Shown here: positions 51,035 through 64,000 of the stretch, in pieces
How positions within the stretch are numbered: the stretch's first letter is position 1
Layout of the letters: each line of letters begins with the position of its first letter
From: Octopus sinensis
Lineage: Eukaryota
NCBI RefSeq assembly: GCF_006345805.1
Contig: NC_042997.1
Location: forward strand, 27,218,001-27,282,000
Reading direction: 5' to 3'
DNA: 64,000 bases
Program-made: the position numbers and the translations under genes
The notes under the pieces: generated by a model
Databases searched by the model: none
What the model was told of the DNA's origin: nothing
What the model saw: the letters and a program-made list of their open reading frames with translations, nothing else

Positions 51035-53171
51035 CATATATATATATATATATATCTCCCAACCCGGCTCGTTCCCCTGCTCCCGCCCACGTTGCCGCAC
51101 TTGCCCTTACCTCTCCAACACCACCCGCCTCACTAGCACCCACCATCGACCCTATCCCATCATCCACTCCTTCACCTGCACCTCCAGCAATATTATCTAT
51201 TGCATCTCTTGCTCTCTCTGCAATTCCTTGTACATCGGACAAACGGGACGCCGCTTGGCTGACCGGTTCGCGGAACACCTTCGTGACATCCACCTTGCGA
51301 ACGACACACCGGTCTCACGCCATTTCCGCTCCACCGGTCACTCCTTGCAACACCTATCTGTGTTCGGTTTGTCCTTACACAGAGGCCATCCGGATTCCCG
51401 TTTGCGCCGTGAACAGGGATTAATCTTCTCTCTTCGCTCTTATACGCCATTTGGTCTCAACTCTCCCCCCCTCCTCATCTAACCCCACCCCCCTCTCCCC
51501 CCCTCCTCACCTATCCTTTCTCCCCCCGACCCCTACTTCTTCAGTCCTTCATCCTTTCACCCCTACTCCCCTTCCCTTCTTCCCTCTTTCTCCCTCCCTC
51601 TTCCCCTTCCCTCTGCTCCCTCACTCCCTTCTCTCTCTCCCCCCCTCCTCATCTAACCCCCTCTCCCCCCCTCCTCACCTTCCTTCTCCCCCATCGTCTC
51701 CTCTTCCCCCTTCTCCTCCCCTCTTCTTCCCCTCCCCTTCTCTCCCCCCTCTTCTCCCCCTCCCCCTCTTCTCCCCCTCCCCCTCTTCTCCCCCTCCCCC
51801 TCTTCTCCCCCTCCCCCTCTTCTCCCCCTCCCCCTCTTCTCCCCCTCCCCCTCTTCTCCTCACTACACCACATGACTTTACACATCACATCACATATGAT
51901 GTGCCGTACTAATACACACACCAACTAATACATACTAATACGTACTAATACATACTAGTACATACTAATACTTACACCAACCCTATACATACACACGTCC
52001 AGACCCCGCATACGCACTTATACTCTCTCTCACACACACACACACACCTATACATACCAATACGTACTAATACATACTAATACATACTAATACATACACC
52101 AACCCCATACATACGCACGTCCAGACCAATCTTACGCACTAATACTCTCTCATACACACACACACACACACACACCCGTATACATACTAATACATACACC
52201 AACCCTATACATACACACATCCAGACCCCTCCCACGCACTTTTAGCTGGTCACTCAACCCTTTTATCAACCCTATTATCTCCCCTTATTTCGCTCTCGCG
52301 TCTCATGTTTGATCTTTGACCTCTGGCCGAAATCAGATCGCCATGTTGATTCGTTAGCTACTGCACGCATTTTTTTTCTCTCCTTCTTTCTGTGTTTTTC
52401 TCTCTCTGTGTATCTTTCTGTTGAAGAGCGTAGGCTCGAACGTTAAAGACTTGTTTTATTTATATTTCCTGAGCGCCATACTAATACAATTGTTCGTTTG
52501 TGTCTTCCACCTGCCTTCGTCTTTTGTTTATTTTCATAAAGCTTCCCGTTATATATTATGCGCTCACGTGGTCTCACTTTCATCCTATATTCTACCAATA
52601 CCACTATCAACACTTACCTCTACCTTGGATTTTCTTTACCTCTTGGATACTTACCATTGGCTGCACCTCTCTTTCGCGGATCAAAGTGACTTTGCATTGA
52701 TGTGAAATCCTTAAAAAATATACCACGACGTCTACACATTTCTCACCTTGAACTTTCAACCTTGAACTTGTTCGCATAAACTGTCCCGTTTGTTGTATTT
52801 TTATTTTCTCTTATATTACCACTTTTTTACATTCATTTCATGCTTCCCACATTTTCCTGAATTTTTGTTCTCCTTTCCGTCTTTCTTCCCTCTCTGGATG
52901 TCCATACTCCGTTTCCTCTGCCTGCACCCCCCTTTTTTTGCCTCCCCCTCTCTCTGCTTCCCTTCTTTCTTTCCCTTTTCCGTTTGCCCCGTCTTTTCTG
53001 CCCCTATCGCTTACTTATCTAGTTTTTTCATACGATTACTATTTTTTTGTTTTTTTGAACGTTTGTTTTTTCCCCCTTTTTTCGCTATCCTTTTTTTCTA
53101 TTTTTTTCATACGATAATTTTTGTTTTTTGTTTTTTTTGTTTTTTCGAACGTTTTTTTCCGCTATCCCATC

Positions 53172-56084
53172 ATGCCGGATCCTAGGTCCTACCTCCTCAC
53201 CCTCCATCACCGTTTGAAGGATCATCTACGTTCGCTTCCTGTATATTGCCTTCAGCCGTCCGTTAATCTCTCTCTACTTCTTTTTAAAAAAACCCGCTTC
53301 TCTAGCCATGTCTCTTTCCTAAGCCGCTGCCTACATCACCGACTCATCCCAAAAGGTTTCCGCCTCCACTTCCACCCTGCTCTCCACTCGGATTCTTCCA
53401 TCTTACCCATACTCCGCACCACATCTTACCGCCTTATGCGGGCCACCATTCGCTCCAATCTCTCCAAACTACATGCCATCAACCGCCTTCTTCCTCCTGC
53501 TTTCTCCACCTTCTTCTCCTCTCTGCCGCCTCTCTATGCTCCAAACACTCTACGCTTCATTATCCATTTGAATCAACTCTTCCATCAATTTCTTTCTGAT
53601 ACCAAACTTCGTAAACTCCAATCACTCTTCCATTCCACCCTACCCGACGCCACTACCCCAACTCCTCCACCACCCTTCTCCCCTCCCGATAGGCTCCATC
53701 CACCCACACCTAACCCCACTGCCCCTCCCTACAACCCCTTCTCCCCTCCCGTTAGACTCCATCCACCTACACCTAACCCTACTGCCCCGCCCAACCAACC
53801 CCGACCCCCTCCCCAATCCCTCCCCCTCATACCTCCACGAGACCTACCACCCCTCCTACTTCTATTCCACCCACCCCTTCTCCACTTCCGTCTGTTGTTA
53901 CCATTCCCCCCGATCTTCCCCTCTCTGCGGCTGAACGCTCCGTCCTTGGTAGGGGTCTGCGTTTCATCCCCCTCACTCCATCCTGTAAGGAATTCCAGAC
54001 GCGAGTTGATGTCCACAGCTTTGTGCGCCGTGTCCGGTTGGGTGCGCATTACCACGACTCGCCACCCACACCCCACGAAGAGGACGACTGCTTCACTGGC
54101 CTGGGCCGCCGACCATCCCCGTGGACGCCTGCCCCTGGCCAGATCCTAGCAGTGGATCTTTTCGCGGGCGCTTGTCAGCGTGCATTGGAGCGGTTCAACT
54201 TCTCCAGGCGCCAACGCCGCCTCAACATCTCCCCGGCTGAGCTCTTGGCTCTTCGTTCCCTCCAACGGCGCGCTGACATTATCATCAAACCGGCTGACAA
54301 GGGTGGAGCTGTAGTGGTGTGGCGCGCGGACCTCTATAGGCCGAGGCTTTCCGCCAACTCAATGACACCTCCTTCTATTCCCCTCTGCCCTCTAACCCCA
54401 CACGTAGCTACCAACAGACGGTATCCTCTACTGTCCAAGACCTCATCTCGTCCTCCCGTCTCCCCCGCACCGCATCCAACCTAATTGTGCGAACCCCACG
54501 TACCCCCACCATTTACTTCCTCCCCAAAATCCACAAACCCAACAACCCTGGCCGCCCCATCGTCTCCGCCTGTAACTGCCCCACGGAGCTCATCTCTAAA
54601 TACCTTGACCGTGTCCTTTCCCCCCTAGTGGCATCTCTTCCCTCCCACATCCACGATACCAACCATGCTCTCCGGCTTTTCAACTCTTTCTCCTTTCCTC
54701 CCGGCTCCTCCAAAATCCTTTTTACTATGGACATCCAAAGCCTCTATACTGTTATCCCTCACCACGAAGGACTGCAGGCGCTTCGACACTTTCTTGACCT
54801 CCGCTCTAACCCTGTACCTGACACCTCCACACTCATTCGTCTGGCCGAACTTGTCCTTACTCTGAACTGCTTCTCGTTCGCGGGCGAGTTCTGCCATCAG
54901 GTCTCGGGAGTGGCCATGGGAACGCGAATGGGCCCCAACTATGCGAACCTGTTCGTTGGCTATGTTGAGGCCCAAATATTCTCTAATTTCACTGGTCCCA
55001 CTCCTGAACTATATGGTCGTTATATTGACGACATTATCGGTGCAACCTCACTCTCCCGCGAACATCTAGATTCCTTCCTCTCTTTCGTCCAATCTTTCCA
55101 TCCAGCCCTCCACTTCACTTCCACTATCTCCAACACCTCTGTCTCCTTCCTCGACATTTCGGTTAGCATTCTTCACTCCACTCTTACCACCTCCATTCAC
55201 TACAAACACACAGATTCACACTCATACCTCAACTTCTCTTCCTCCCACCCAGAACACACCAAGCTTTCCATCCCCTATTCCCAATTCCTCCGTCTACGTA
55301 GGCTCTGTAGTGACGACCATGACTTTGAGACTCAGTCTCAACGTATGGCTCACCACTTCACCCTACGTGGATACCCCCTCACCACTATCCACACCGCCCT
55401 TGCCAGAGCACGGTCCGTGGACCGTGTATCTGCTCTCTCCCCGAACACGCCCTGTAGTCTCCCGCCTCCCTTTTCCCCTCACTTACCACCCCACGACCCT
55501 ACGTCTCCAACGCACCATTCTTCGAGCTTTCCGTCATCTCCAGTCCGACCCGTCCACTTCACACCTCTTCCCTAACCGACCCCTCCCCTCTTTCAAACGA
55601 GCCCACAACCTTCGAGACCTTTTGGTCCATAGCTCCTTCCCTGACCCTACCTCCCAACCCGGCTCGTTCCCCTGCTCCCGCCTACGTTGCCGCACTTGCC
55701 CTTACCTCTCCAACACCACCCGCCTCACTAGCACCCACCATCGACCCTATCCCATCATCCACTCCTTCACCTGCACCTCCAGCAATATTATCTATTGCAT
55801 CTCTTGCTCTCTCTGCAATTCCTTGTACATCGGACAAACGGGACGCCGCTTGGCTGACCGGTTCGCGGAACACCTTCGTGACATCCACCTTGCGAACGAC
55901 ACACCGGTCTCACGCCATTTCCGCTCCACCGGTCACTCCTTGCAACACCTATCTGTGTTCGGTTTGTCCTTACACAGAGGCCATCCGGATTCCCGTTTGC
56001 GCCGTGAACAGGGATTAATCTTCTCTCTCTCTCTTATACTACGCCCTTTGGTCTCAACTCTCCCCCCCCTCCCCCCTCATCTAA
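53172..56084 (+). pseudogene. PLE RT-GIY-YIG polyprotein, frameshifted as assembled
   Basis: ATG at 53172 (MPDPRSYLL). RT motifs YFLPKIHK, RPIVS, MDIQSLYT, GVAMGTRMGPNYANLF, RYIDDII, FLDISV. Cys linker CSRLRCRTCP. Endonuclease NIIYCISCSLCNSLYIGQTGRRLADRFAEH. Spread over ORFs 53121, 54023, 54487 and 55310. Confidence 0.9.
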
Positions 56085-56699
56085 CCCCCCTCTCCCCCCT
56101 CCTCACCTATCCTTTCTCCCCCCGACCCCTACTTCTTCAGTCCTTCATCCTTTCACCCCTACTCCCCTTCCCTTCTTCCCTCTTTCTTTCTCCTCCCTCT
56201 TCCTTCCCTCTGCTCCCTCACTCCCTCTCTCCCCTTCTCTCCTCCCCTCTCTCTCTTTCCTCTCCCCGTCTCTCTCTCCCCCCTCTCCCTCTTTCCTCCT
56301 TCATCCCCCCTCCCCTCCCACCTTCCTCTCCCCCATCGTCTCCTCTTCCTCTTCCCCCTTCTCCTCCCCTCTTCTTCCCCTCCCCTTCTCTCCCTCCCCC
56401 TCTTCTCCTCACTACAACCACATGACTTTAACACATCACATCACATATGATGTGACATACTATACACACACCAACTAATACACTACTAATACGTACTAAT
56501 ACATACTAGTACATACTAATACTTACACCAACCCTATACATACACACGTCCAGACCCCGCATACGCACTTATACTCTCACACACACACACACACACCTAT
56601 ACATACCAATACGTACTAATACATACTAATACATACTAATACATACACCAACCCCATACATACGCACGTCCAGACCAATCTTACGCACTAATACTCTCT

Positions 56700-56738
<39 letters not shown>

Positions 56739-56975
56739 CCGTATACATACTAATACATACACCAACCCTATACATACACACATCCAGACCCCTCCCACGC
56801 ACTTTTAGCTGGTCACTCAACCCTTTTATCAACCCTATTATCTCCCCTTATTTCGCTCTCGCGTCTCATGTTTGATCTTTGACCTCTGGCCGAAATCAGA
56901 TCGCCATATTGATTCGTTAGCTACTGCACGCATTTTTTTTCTCTCCTTCTTTCTGTGTTTTTCTCTCTCTGTGTA

Positions 56976-57013
56976 TCTTTCTGTTGAAGAGCGTAGGCTC
57001 GAAACGTTAAAGA
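56976..57013 (+). ncRNA. Minimal type I hammerhead-like motif with non-canonical CUGUUGAA core (copies 43651-43688, 52413-52449, 48695-48730, 6594-6632)
   Basis: TCTTT-CTGTTGAA-GAGC(gtag)GCTC-GAA-ACGT-T-AAAGA. Confidence 0.55.
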
Positions 57014-57123
57014 CTTGTTTTATTTATATTTCCTGAGCGCCATACTAATACAATTGTTCGTTTGTCTTCCACCTGCCTTCGTCTTTTGTTTATTTTCATA
57101 AAGCTTCCCGTTATATATACATA

Positions 57124-57187
<64 letters not shown>

Positions 57188-57226
57188 TAATATATATATA
57201 TAATATATATATATATATTATACATA

Positions 57227-57257
<31 letters not shown>

Positions 57258-57430
57258 CTATATATATTATATATATAATATAAATTATATATATATAATA
57301 TTATTATATATATATATAATAATATTAATATATATATAATATATATATATATATTATATATATATATAAGGAGAGAAAAACAAGGAAACACGAGAAAAAA
57401 TGGTGTAGTGGCTAACGATCTATCACACCA

Positions 57431-57471
<41 letters not shown>

Positions 57472-57483
57472 ATATTATAGATA

Positions 57484-57515
<32 letters not shown>

Positions 57516-57606
57516 ATATTATATATATATATATACATATATATATGTGCACATGTTCATATTAGAATACAAAATGGTGATATCATATAGTTAAATAACT
57601 ACACAA

Positions 57607-57668
<62 letters not shown>
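57607..57668. repeat. (TAG)n microsatellite
   Basis: Direct reading. Confidence 0.98.
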
Positions 57669-57669
<1 letters not shown>

Positions 57670-58229
57670 AAGTAAAGATAAAATGAAATAAATATACACA
57701 CACAATGACAAATAAAATCGATATCTATAAATGTACACATTTTGGTAGGCAAGTTGAACACCAAAAAGTATTATATATGTTTGCATATATCAGCTGTAAG
57801 ATATAATTAAATATCAGGTAGATTGGCAAATATTATTAAACAATATTAATTAGAATAGGTAAGTGGGGGCGGGCAAGTACATATTATGCAAATGAAATAA
57901 ATAACAAAAAAGAAAGGTATTTTATATACTAAGGGAAGATATAAAAATATATTGAGAGAAGGGGAGGTGTATGGAGATTTGGAGAAAATGTTAGCCCAAT
58001 ATAAGGTGGGTCATGCAGTTATAAGCGCAGATGGTTAAATAATAAATATACGTTAATACAGTGTAAGATAAAGTGATGTGTAGAGTGTTTGATAAATAAT
58101 AATCGAATTCCATAGAAAGGGTTAATATATAGAGATATTTTGTTTTTGAAGATAGAGATATTAGAAAGAAAAGGGAAATGCTATTCAAATTAAAGTGGTG
58201 GGAACATTATTTAAGATTAATAAAAAGGA

Positions 58230-58620
58230 ATTTGGATGTGTTTACATAAAAAACGTTTTATCCCCAGTATTAACAAGAAGACCATTCATTCTCTTTATAT
58301 TATAACTTTCGTCCAAGCATAATCTACATATCTTGTTATATTACCAGTAATATGGAGCCGAAGATAGGATTTTCCAAGATATTGAGTAATCGATATTGTT
58401 TCTTTAGCGTTGCCAATTTTTTTTTAGTTAGACCTGTGCTATTCTCTTTTCTAGGGTCATTAAATGAAGATCTTTCGTTATTTATTCTTAATTTTATAGA
58501 ATTCTTCGTGCAACCAATGTATATATATATATTTAGAGGAATTATGGGTAATAATGGTTGCTTGGTATACAACGTCTTTCATTTTACAATTTCCAGCTAC
58601 TTCACAAGTATTTGGAGTTC
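58230..58620 (-). pseudogene. Decayed GIY-YIG remnant of the same PLE type as 46776-47180
   Basis: Minus strand reads CEVAGNCKMKDVVYQA..IYIGCTKNSIKLRINNERSSF..CRLCLDES..CKH, collinear with the 46776 EN domain. Confidence 0.7.
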
Positions 58621-59143
58621 TGAAATTAAAATTTAAATTATTAGGTGGCACCATGTTGTTATGTCTATATTTATTAGGGATAGGGGAGCTTCAGTTATTA
58701 TGATAATAATAGTTGTTAGTCATAGAATTATTGGAGTTGCTAAATATATTGGATGATGTTTTGTTTATTATAGAATAGGTCCAGTTTCTTATTGTTAAAA
58801 GAAGAGATTATACTAATAAGATATGGAGAGACTAAAAATCCAAATTTATTCTGTATTTTCTGTTATCAAATATTCTTGCATATTTGGAGGTTTTAAAGCT
58901 TTTATTATTATATTTTTAATGGAAGTAATAAATATAAAGTATATATATATATTATATATATATAATATAATATATATATATATATACTTTATATATATAT
59001 GCGTTATATTATTATATATATATACATTTTATATATATATATATTATATAGATATATACTTTGTATATATATTAATGTATAATACTTATATATATATATA
59101 TACATTTTCATATATATATATATATTCTTTATATATATGTATG

Positions 59144-59175
<32 letters not shown>

Positions 59176-59280
59176 CGAATACATCACATAACCACAAACA
59201 CACACGAAAATAAATATATACCTACACATATATCTATCTCTCTATCTGTATTATATATATATATATATACATATATGTAT

Positions 59281-59697
59281 ATAGAAAAAAGTCAAGATAC
59301 AAAAATGCTAAAATAATTGAGACTTTTTCGACTGTAAGTATGGAAAACAATTAACTTTGGAAAAAATAAAAAAAAAAGTTTTTTAAAAGAATATTTGCAA
59401 AGTGTTCAAATACAAGTGGCATTTTCCTTGTTTCTGCCCGTTTCTCTCTCTCTCTCTCTCTCTCTTGTGGGTTCGAACCCACAAGAGTAAACAAGAGAGA
59501 GAGAAACAAGGAAAATGCCACTTGTATTTGAATACTATGCAAATATTCTTTTAAAAAAACTTTTCTTTTAATTTTTCCAAATGTTATTGTTTTCCATACT
59601 TACAGTTGAAAAAGTATCAATGATTGAAACCGCTACTGACATGTCTTTTATAAAATTATTTTAGCATTTTCTATTGCGAGTTTTTTCCATATATATC
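59281..59697. repeat. ~400-bp imperfect palindrome with no spacer
   Basis: Centre ctcttgtgggttc|gaacccacaagag (59462-59487); arms pair out to ~190-200 bp with indels. Confidence 0.9.
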
Positions 59698-59795
59698 AAC
59701 TCGTGTGTTCATTTTCAACCTTCTACTTACACACACACATACATACATACATACATACATGCATACATACATACATGTATACATACATACATACA

Positions 59796-59876
<81 letters not shown>

Positions 59877-60602
59877 ATATAATACACCACAGGTTTCTCT
59901 CAGTTCCGTCTACCATATCAACTCACATGGATTTGGTCGGCCCGAAGCTATAGTAGAAGTCATTTGCCCAAGGTACCACTTAGTAGGACTTATCTCACTA
60001 CTATGTAGTTGGGAAGCAAGCTTCTCACCACACAGCCACACCTGCGCCTCCCCGCTCTTCTTGGACTTTTTCTCCATTTCCGCACCTTACCTTTTTCCTT
60101 GTTTTGACGAAGAGCCATGCTTGAAACATTATATACATACACTTTTATTTTATTTTATACTGAGCGTCAAGCTAATACATTCCATGTGTACGTCCTTCTG
60201 ATTTTTGTTGTTTTATTCTTTGTCATTTTTAGTTTTTGATTTGCTTCCGTATATATATGGTGACGTCATGTACCCACATATATATATATATGGGTACAGG
60301 ACGTTACTAACTGTATAAAGAACAAGAAATACGAAAACAATGGAGTTAAATACGCAAACAAAGAGAGAAAGAAATGAAAAACAGAAGTAAACACAGAGAA
60401 CGACCCTTCATCAGTTGTCGGCTGTCTATGTACACCTCACTTCGAGCATTCAACAATATGAATCATCAAAGACAGTTGGTCCCATAAATTCTAAAATAAA
60501 ATTTAGGATTTAAGGAGGGTCAAAGTTGGGAATAAAAACATGACAGTGGAGACATACAAGGAAACCGAACGAAAACAAATATGGAGGGTCGATAGACCAG
60601 AA

Positions 60603-60604
<2 letters not shown>

Positions 60605-60665
<61 letters not shown>

Positions 60666-60694
60666 TAGATAGATAGACAGAAAGAAAGACAGAC

Positions 60695-60793
<99 letters not shown>

Positions 60794-60815
60794 CAGACAG
60801 AAAGACAGATAGATA
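60605..60815. repeat. (TA)n followed by (GATA)n/(GACA)n
   Basis: Direct reading. Confidence 0.98.
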
Positions 60816-61466
60816 TTCACTAACCAAATACAGAACCTTTAAGTAGTCTAAAAATAACTGATACTTATTACGAGTAACAACGTACTTCACTAGAAAATTT
60901 ATGGGTGGTAGATTAAACGATGTATTTGTAATTATTCTATTTCAGATAAAAAGTAGGATTGTCACGGATGTAATATAATTGGTAGTAGATCGGAGCTCTG
61001 TTCGACTGTATCTGGTGCTAATCAACATCATCACCAACCCTTATCATTCGTCATAACTTTCAAAGACTTCACTCAATATGCCACGTTTCTTGAACAGGAT
61101 CTACTTATAAACAGAACAAAATACTCTTACTGTTTCATAGATACATGTTTGATACTTCCTATTTTATAAGTGCCGTACCTTTATGTCAGATACAGATATA
61201 TAGTGTCACCACACTAAATATCGTACTGAATTATGAATCTGATTTCTTTCGAGTTTTGTCAGACTTAAAATTACATTCCCTCGCTTCAGTTTCGTTGTTG
61301 TACTTGTCTTTAGCTGCAGATCAGTTGTGATAGAGAAGGCTAATGAAGAAAATGTTCCAGAAATACCTGTCTCTTTCTTTTCTTTTTCCATTGCAAAAGC
61401 GCAGGCGTGGATGATAGGCACAGGCGTAGTGTCCTCAGGTACATCCTCTACAGGATTCTATCAGAA

Positions 61467-61672
61467 GGCGACGAGCTGGCAGAAACGTTAGCACGCCGGG
61501 CGAAATGCGTAGCCGTAGTTCGTCTGCCGTTACGTTTTGAGTTCAAATTACGCCGAAGTCGACTTTGATTTTCATCCTTTCGGGGTCGATAAACTAAGTT
61601 CCAGTTACGCACTGGGTCGATCTAATCCGTTTGTCCTCTCTGCGTTTAGCCTCTTGTGGGTAGTAAAGAAAT
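61467..61672 (+). mobile_element. tRNA-derived SINE family B with ~16-bp TSD
   Basis: GGCGACGAGCTGGCAGAAACGTTAG head; flanking repeat aggattctatcagaag. Other copies 14903-15040-, 17800-17916-, 27123-27290+, 29484-29724-, 30478-30697-. Confidence 0.9.
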
Positions 61673-62482
61673 AGGATTCTATCAGAAGCAACCGTCATTA
61701 CATTTTCCTGCTGGATTCTCAAGCGTGACTACCTGAGACTATAGATTTTATGCAGCCATTTTGCTCGTGGTTTACTAGGTCTTCTGTTGTTGACTCGGCT
61801 TGAAGAATCTGACTACGATTCTTTAATGTGTCATCCAAACCACATGTGGGTAGTACTGGAACCAGTGACACGACCTGGAGAGACTCCTTCATATCCTAGC
61901 TATGCACCTTGTGGATCAGCGTTACTTAACAGATCATTCGGAGAAAACCAATATCGGCTGCTTGTATTCGCAATCAAACTCTTTCGCTCGTTATCTAAGA
62001 TTAAAGTCTATAGGTGATGATAAAGATGTATACCAAATTGGAGATAGTAAATTTGGCTATTTTAGCTTTTCATCTTCTGTAGCTCGAATGCTGATACTGG
62101 CGCATATCTAAATCAGCCCCTGCGGTTCTAAGGTCCAATTCGTCATCCTGTCTTTCATCACTGACGATATTTAAAACCTCTCTGCTTGTCTCAGTGATGT
62201 TCCACTAACATACAGAATGTGCTGGGAAGACACTTGAGGGTATAATTGTCTCAGTCTCAGTCATTGAATCACACCCTTTTGATCCGTACATATAGAAGAA
62301 GAAGAAGAAGAAGAAGGAGGAGGAGGAGGAGAAGAAGAAGAAGAAGAAAACAGTATCAACAACAATAAAAAAGATTACCAAGTAACTTACTTTTGCTTTT
62401 CGTTGCCTCATCTTAACATTGTTTAACCTTGTATCTCTCTCAATGTTACTTGCTCACACGCACACAAACACACACACACACG

Positions 62483-62528
<46 letters not shown>

Positions 62529-62780
62529 AAGTAGCATTGATTTTCTTAGGTCGTTCAATTTACCTCAATTGATCAATAGACCATTTGAGTAAACCTATCA
62601 GTAATGTACCTATAATGACTACTGGAATCAGCTATGAGACAAATTTGCTCTAATAAGTAATGGCCATTATTTTTAAGTTGGGCAAGTGTCTTTTGCTATA
62701 GCCTCGAGCCGACCAAAGCCTTGTGAGTGGATTTGGTAGACGGAAACTAAAAGAAGCCCGTCGTATATATGTATATATTA

Positions 62781-62846
<66 letters not shown>

Positions 62847-63425
62847 ATTTGTGTGTCTGTGTTTGTCCCCGTAACATCGCTAGACAACCGATGCTCTTGT
62901 GTTTATGTCCCCGTAACTTAGCTGTTCGGCAAAAGAGATCGATAGTATAATTTCTAGGCTTACAAAGAATAAGTCATGGGGTCGATTTGCTCGTCTAAAG
63001 GCGGGGCTTCAGCATGGCCACGATCAAATGACTGAAACAAGTAAAAAAGTAAAAAGAGTAAAGAGTTTATATATATATATATATATATAAAATTGAAATT
63101 GAAATTTACCAGCAATTCTATTTCATATCTGAGCTGCTGTACAATCCATTGTCACCCATCATATCAGCTCTATAAAACTGTTATAGAGTTAAGTGAAACA
63201 GCGAGGAGAAAACGTGTTACTTGTTTAAAAAGGTACCCGAGGAGACTCAATCTGTACATGTCATACAAAATAGTCAATTCCACAGTTGAATCGAAACAAT
63301 TCTAAAGGATTTCGACAAAGCATTTACTGTCTAAGATTATTCTTCATACATCTTTGTAAAGCAGTAAGTTGAAAGCCTACCGGAATGTACTTCGCCTTTC
63401 TTCCTTCCTGTATTTCAGTTATTGT

Positions 63426-63811
63426 GGAGGCGCAATGGCCCAGTGCTTAGGGCAGCGGACTCGCGGTCAAAGGATCGCGGTTTCGATTCCCAGACCGGGC
63501 GTTGTGAGTGTTTATTGAGCGAAAACACCTAAAGCTCCACAAGGCTCCGGCAGGGGATGGTGTTGATCCCTGCTGTACTCTTTCACCACAACTTTCTCTC
63601 ACTCTTACTTCCTGTTTCTGTTGTACCTGTATTTCAAAGGGCCGGTCTTGTCACTCTCTGTGTCACGCTGAATATCCCTGAGAACTACGTTAAGAGTACA
63701 CGTGTCTGTGGAGTGCTCAGCCACTTACACGTTAATTTCACGAGCAGGCTGTTCCGTTGATTCGGATCAACCGGAACCCTCGTCGTCGTAACCGACGGAG
63801 TGCTCTCATCC
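63426..63811 (+). mobile_element. SINE family C copy with 11-bp TSD
   Basis: atttcagttat at 63412-63422 and 63812-63822. Confidence 0.9.
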
Positions 63812-64000
63812 ATTTCAGTTATAAGCAGCAGTTGAATAATGGGATCGGTCCACTCATAGATATGCGAAAGATACAAATCATTGTTATATGATTATCCTTT
63901 TAATATCTTCCGGCATTGTAGGGTGACCATACTGGGGCATACCTTAAAATGTTCTGGCCAACTATGTCAACCTATGACACATTACAGTTTAATATTTTAT

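Larger units (their letters stand above)
51056..57112 (+). mobile_element. Penelope-like retroelement, Neptune-like, near full length, with upstream ~1.5-kb direct pseudo-LTR (partial tandem), flanked by (TA)n
   Basis: 51056-52550 is a near-identical direct copy of 55651-57112. It carries RT and GIY-YIG motifs. Both ends abut (TA)n tracts, and the 3' end reads ...aagcttcccgtt|atatat. Confidence 0.93.

Noticed and set aside
50979-51293. Gly/Ala-rich minus-strand ORFs (also 55682..55888 and the Arg/Gly-rich ORFs at 51649-51924 and 56159-56434)
   Set aside because: Antisense shadows of the PLE endonuclease and of C/T-rich low-complexity UTR.
60104-60130. ttgacgaa-gagc-cat-gctt-gaaacat HHR-like remnant
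   Set aside because: No stem I pairing; too decayed to call.
62213-62275. Possible small minus-strand exon ending at a GTATGT donor
   Set aside because: Short, with no homology recognised and neighbouring frames closed.

Overview
AT-rich, microsatellite-dense eukaryotic non-coding DNA. The repeat families resemble those of Octopus, which is an inference from recognition and not a database result. I could not support any host protein-coding gene; almost all ORF-track entries are translations of (TA)n/(CATA)n/(GATA)n tracts. The window is a stack of mobile elements: a nearly complete, young Neptune-like Penelope-like element (PLE; RT + GIY-YIG, ~1.5-kb direct pseudo-LTR, 51056-57112), a 5'-truncated probable Hydra-clade PLE (45661-48574, minus), several older PLE remnants and solo PLE termini, two decayed mariner transposons, CR1-, L2/Crack-like, RTE and possible L1/Tx1 LINE fragments, five tRNA-derived SINE families and non-autonomous Helitrons. 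The most interesting signal is RNA-structural: at least ten type I hammerhead ribozyme (HHR)-like motifs at PLE termini. They include a two-copy family with a compensatory G3-C8 core swap and a multi-copy family with a conserved non-canonical CUGU core. There is also a 540-nt retrozyme-like mini-PLE, and fold-back duplications at several scales (18 bp, ~200 bp, ~900 bp) next to (TA)n tracts and PLE ends. Coordinates were read by eye and may be off by a few bases.
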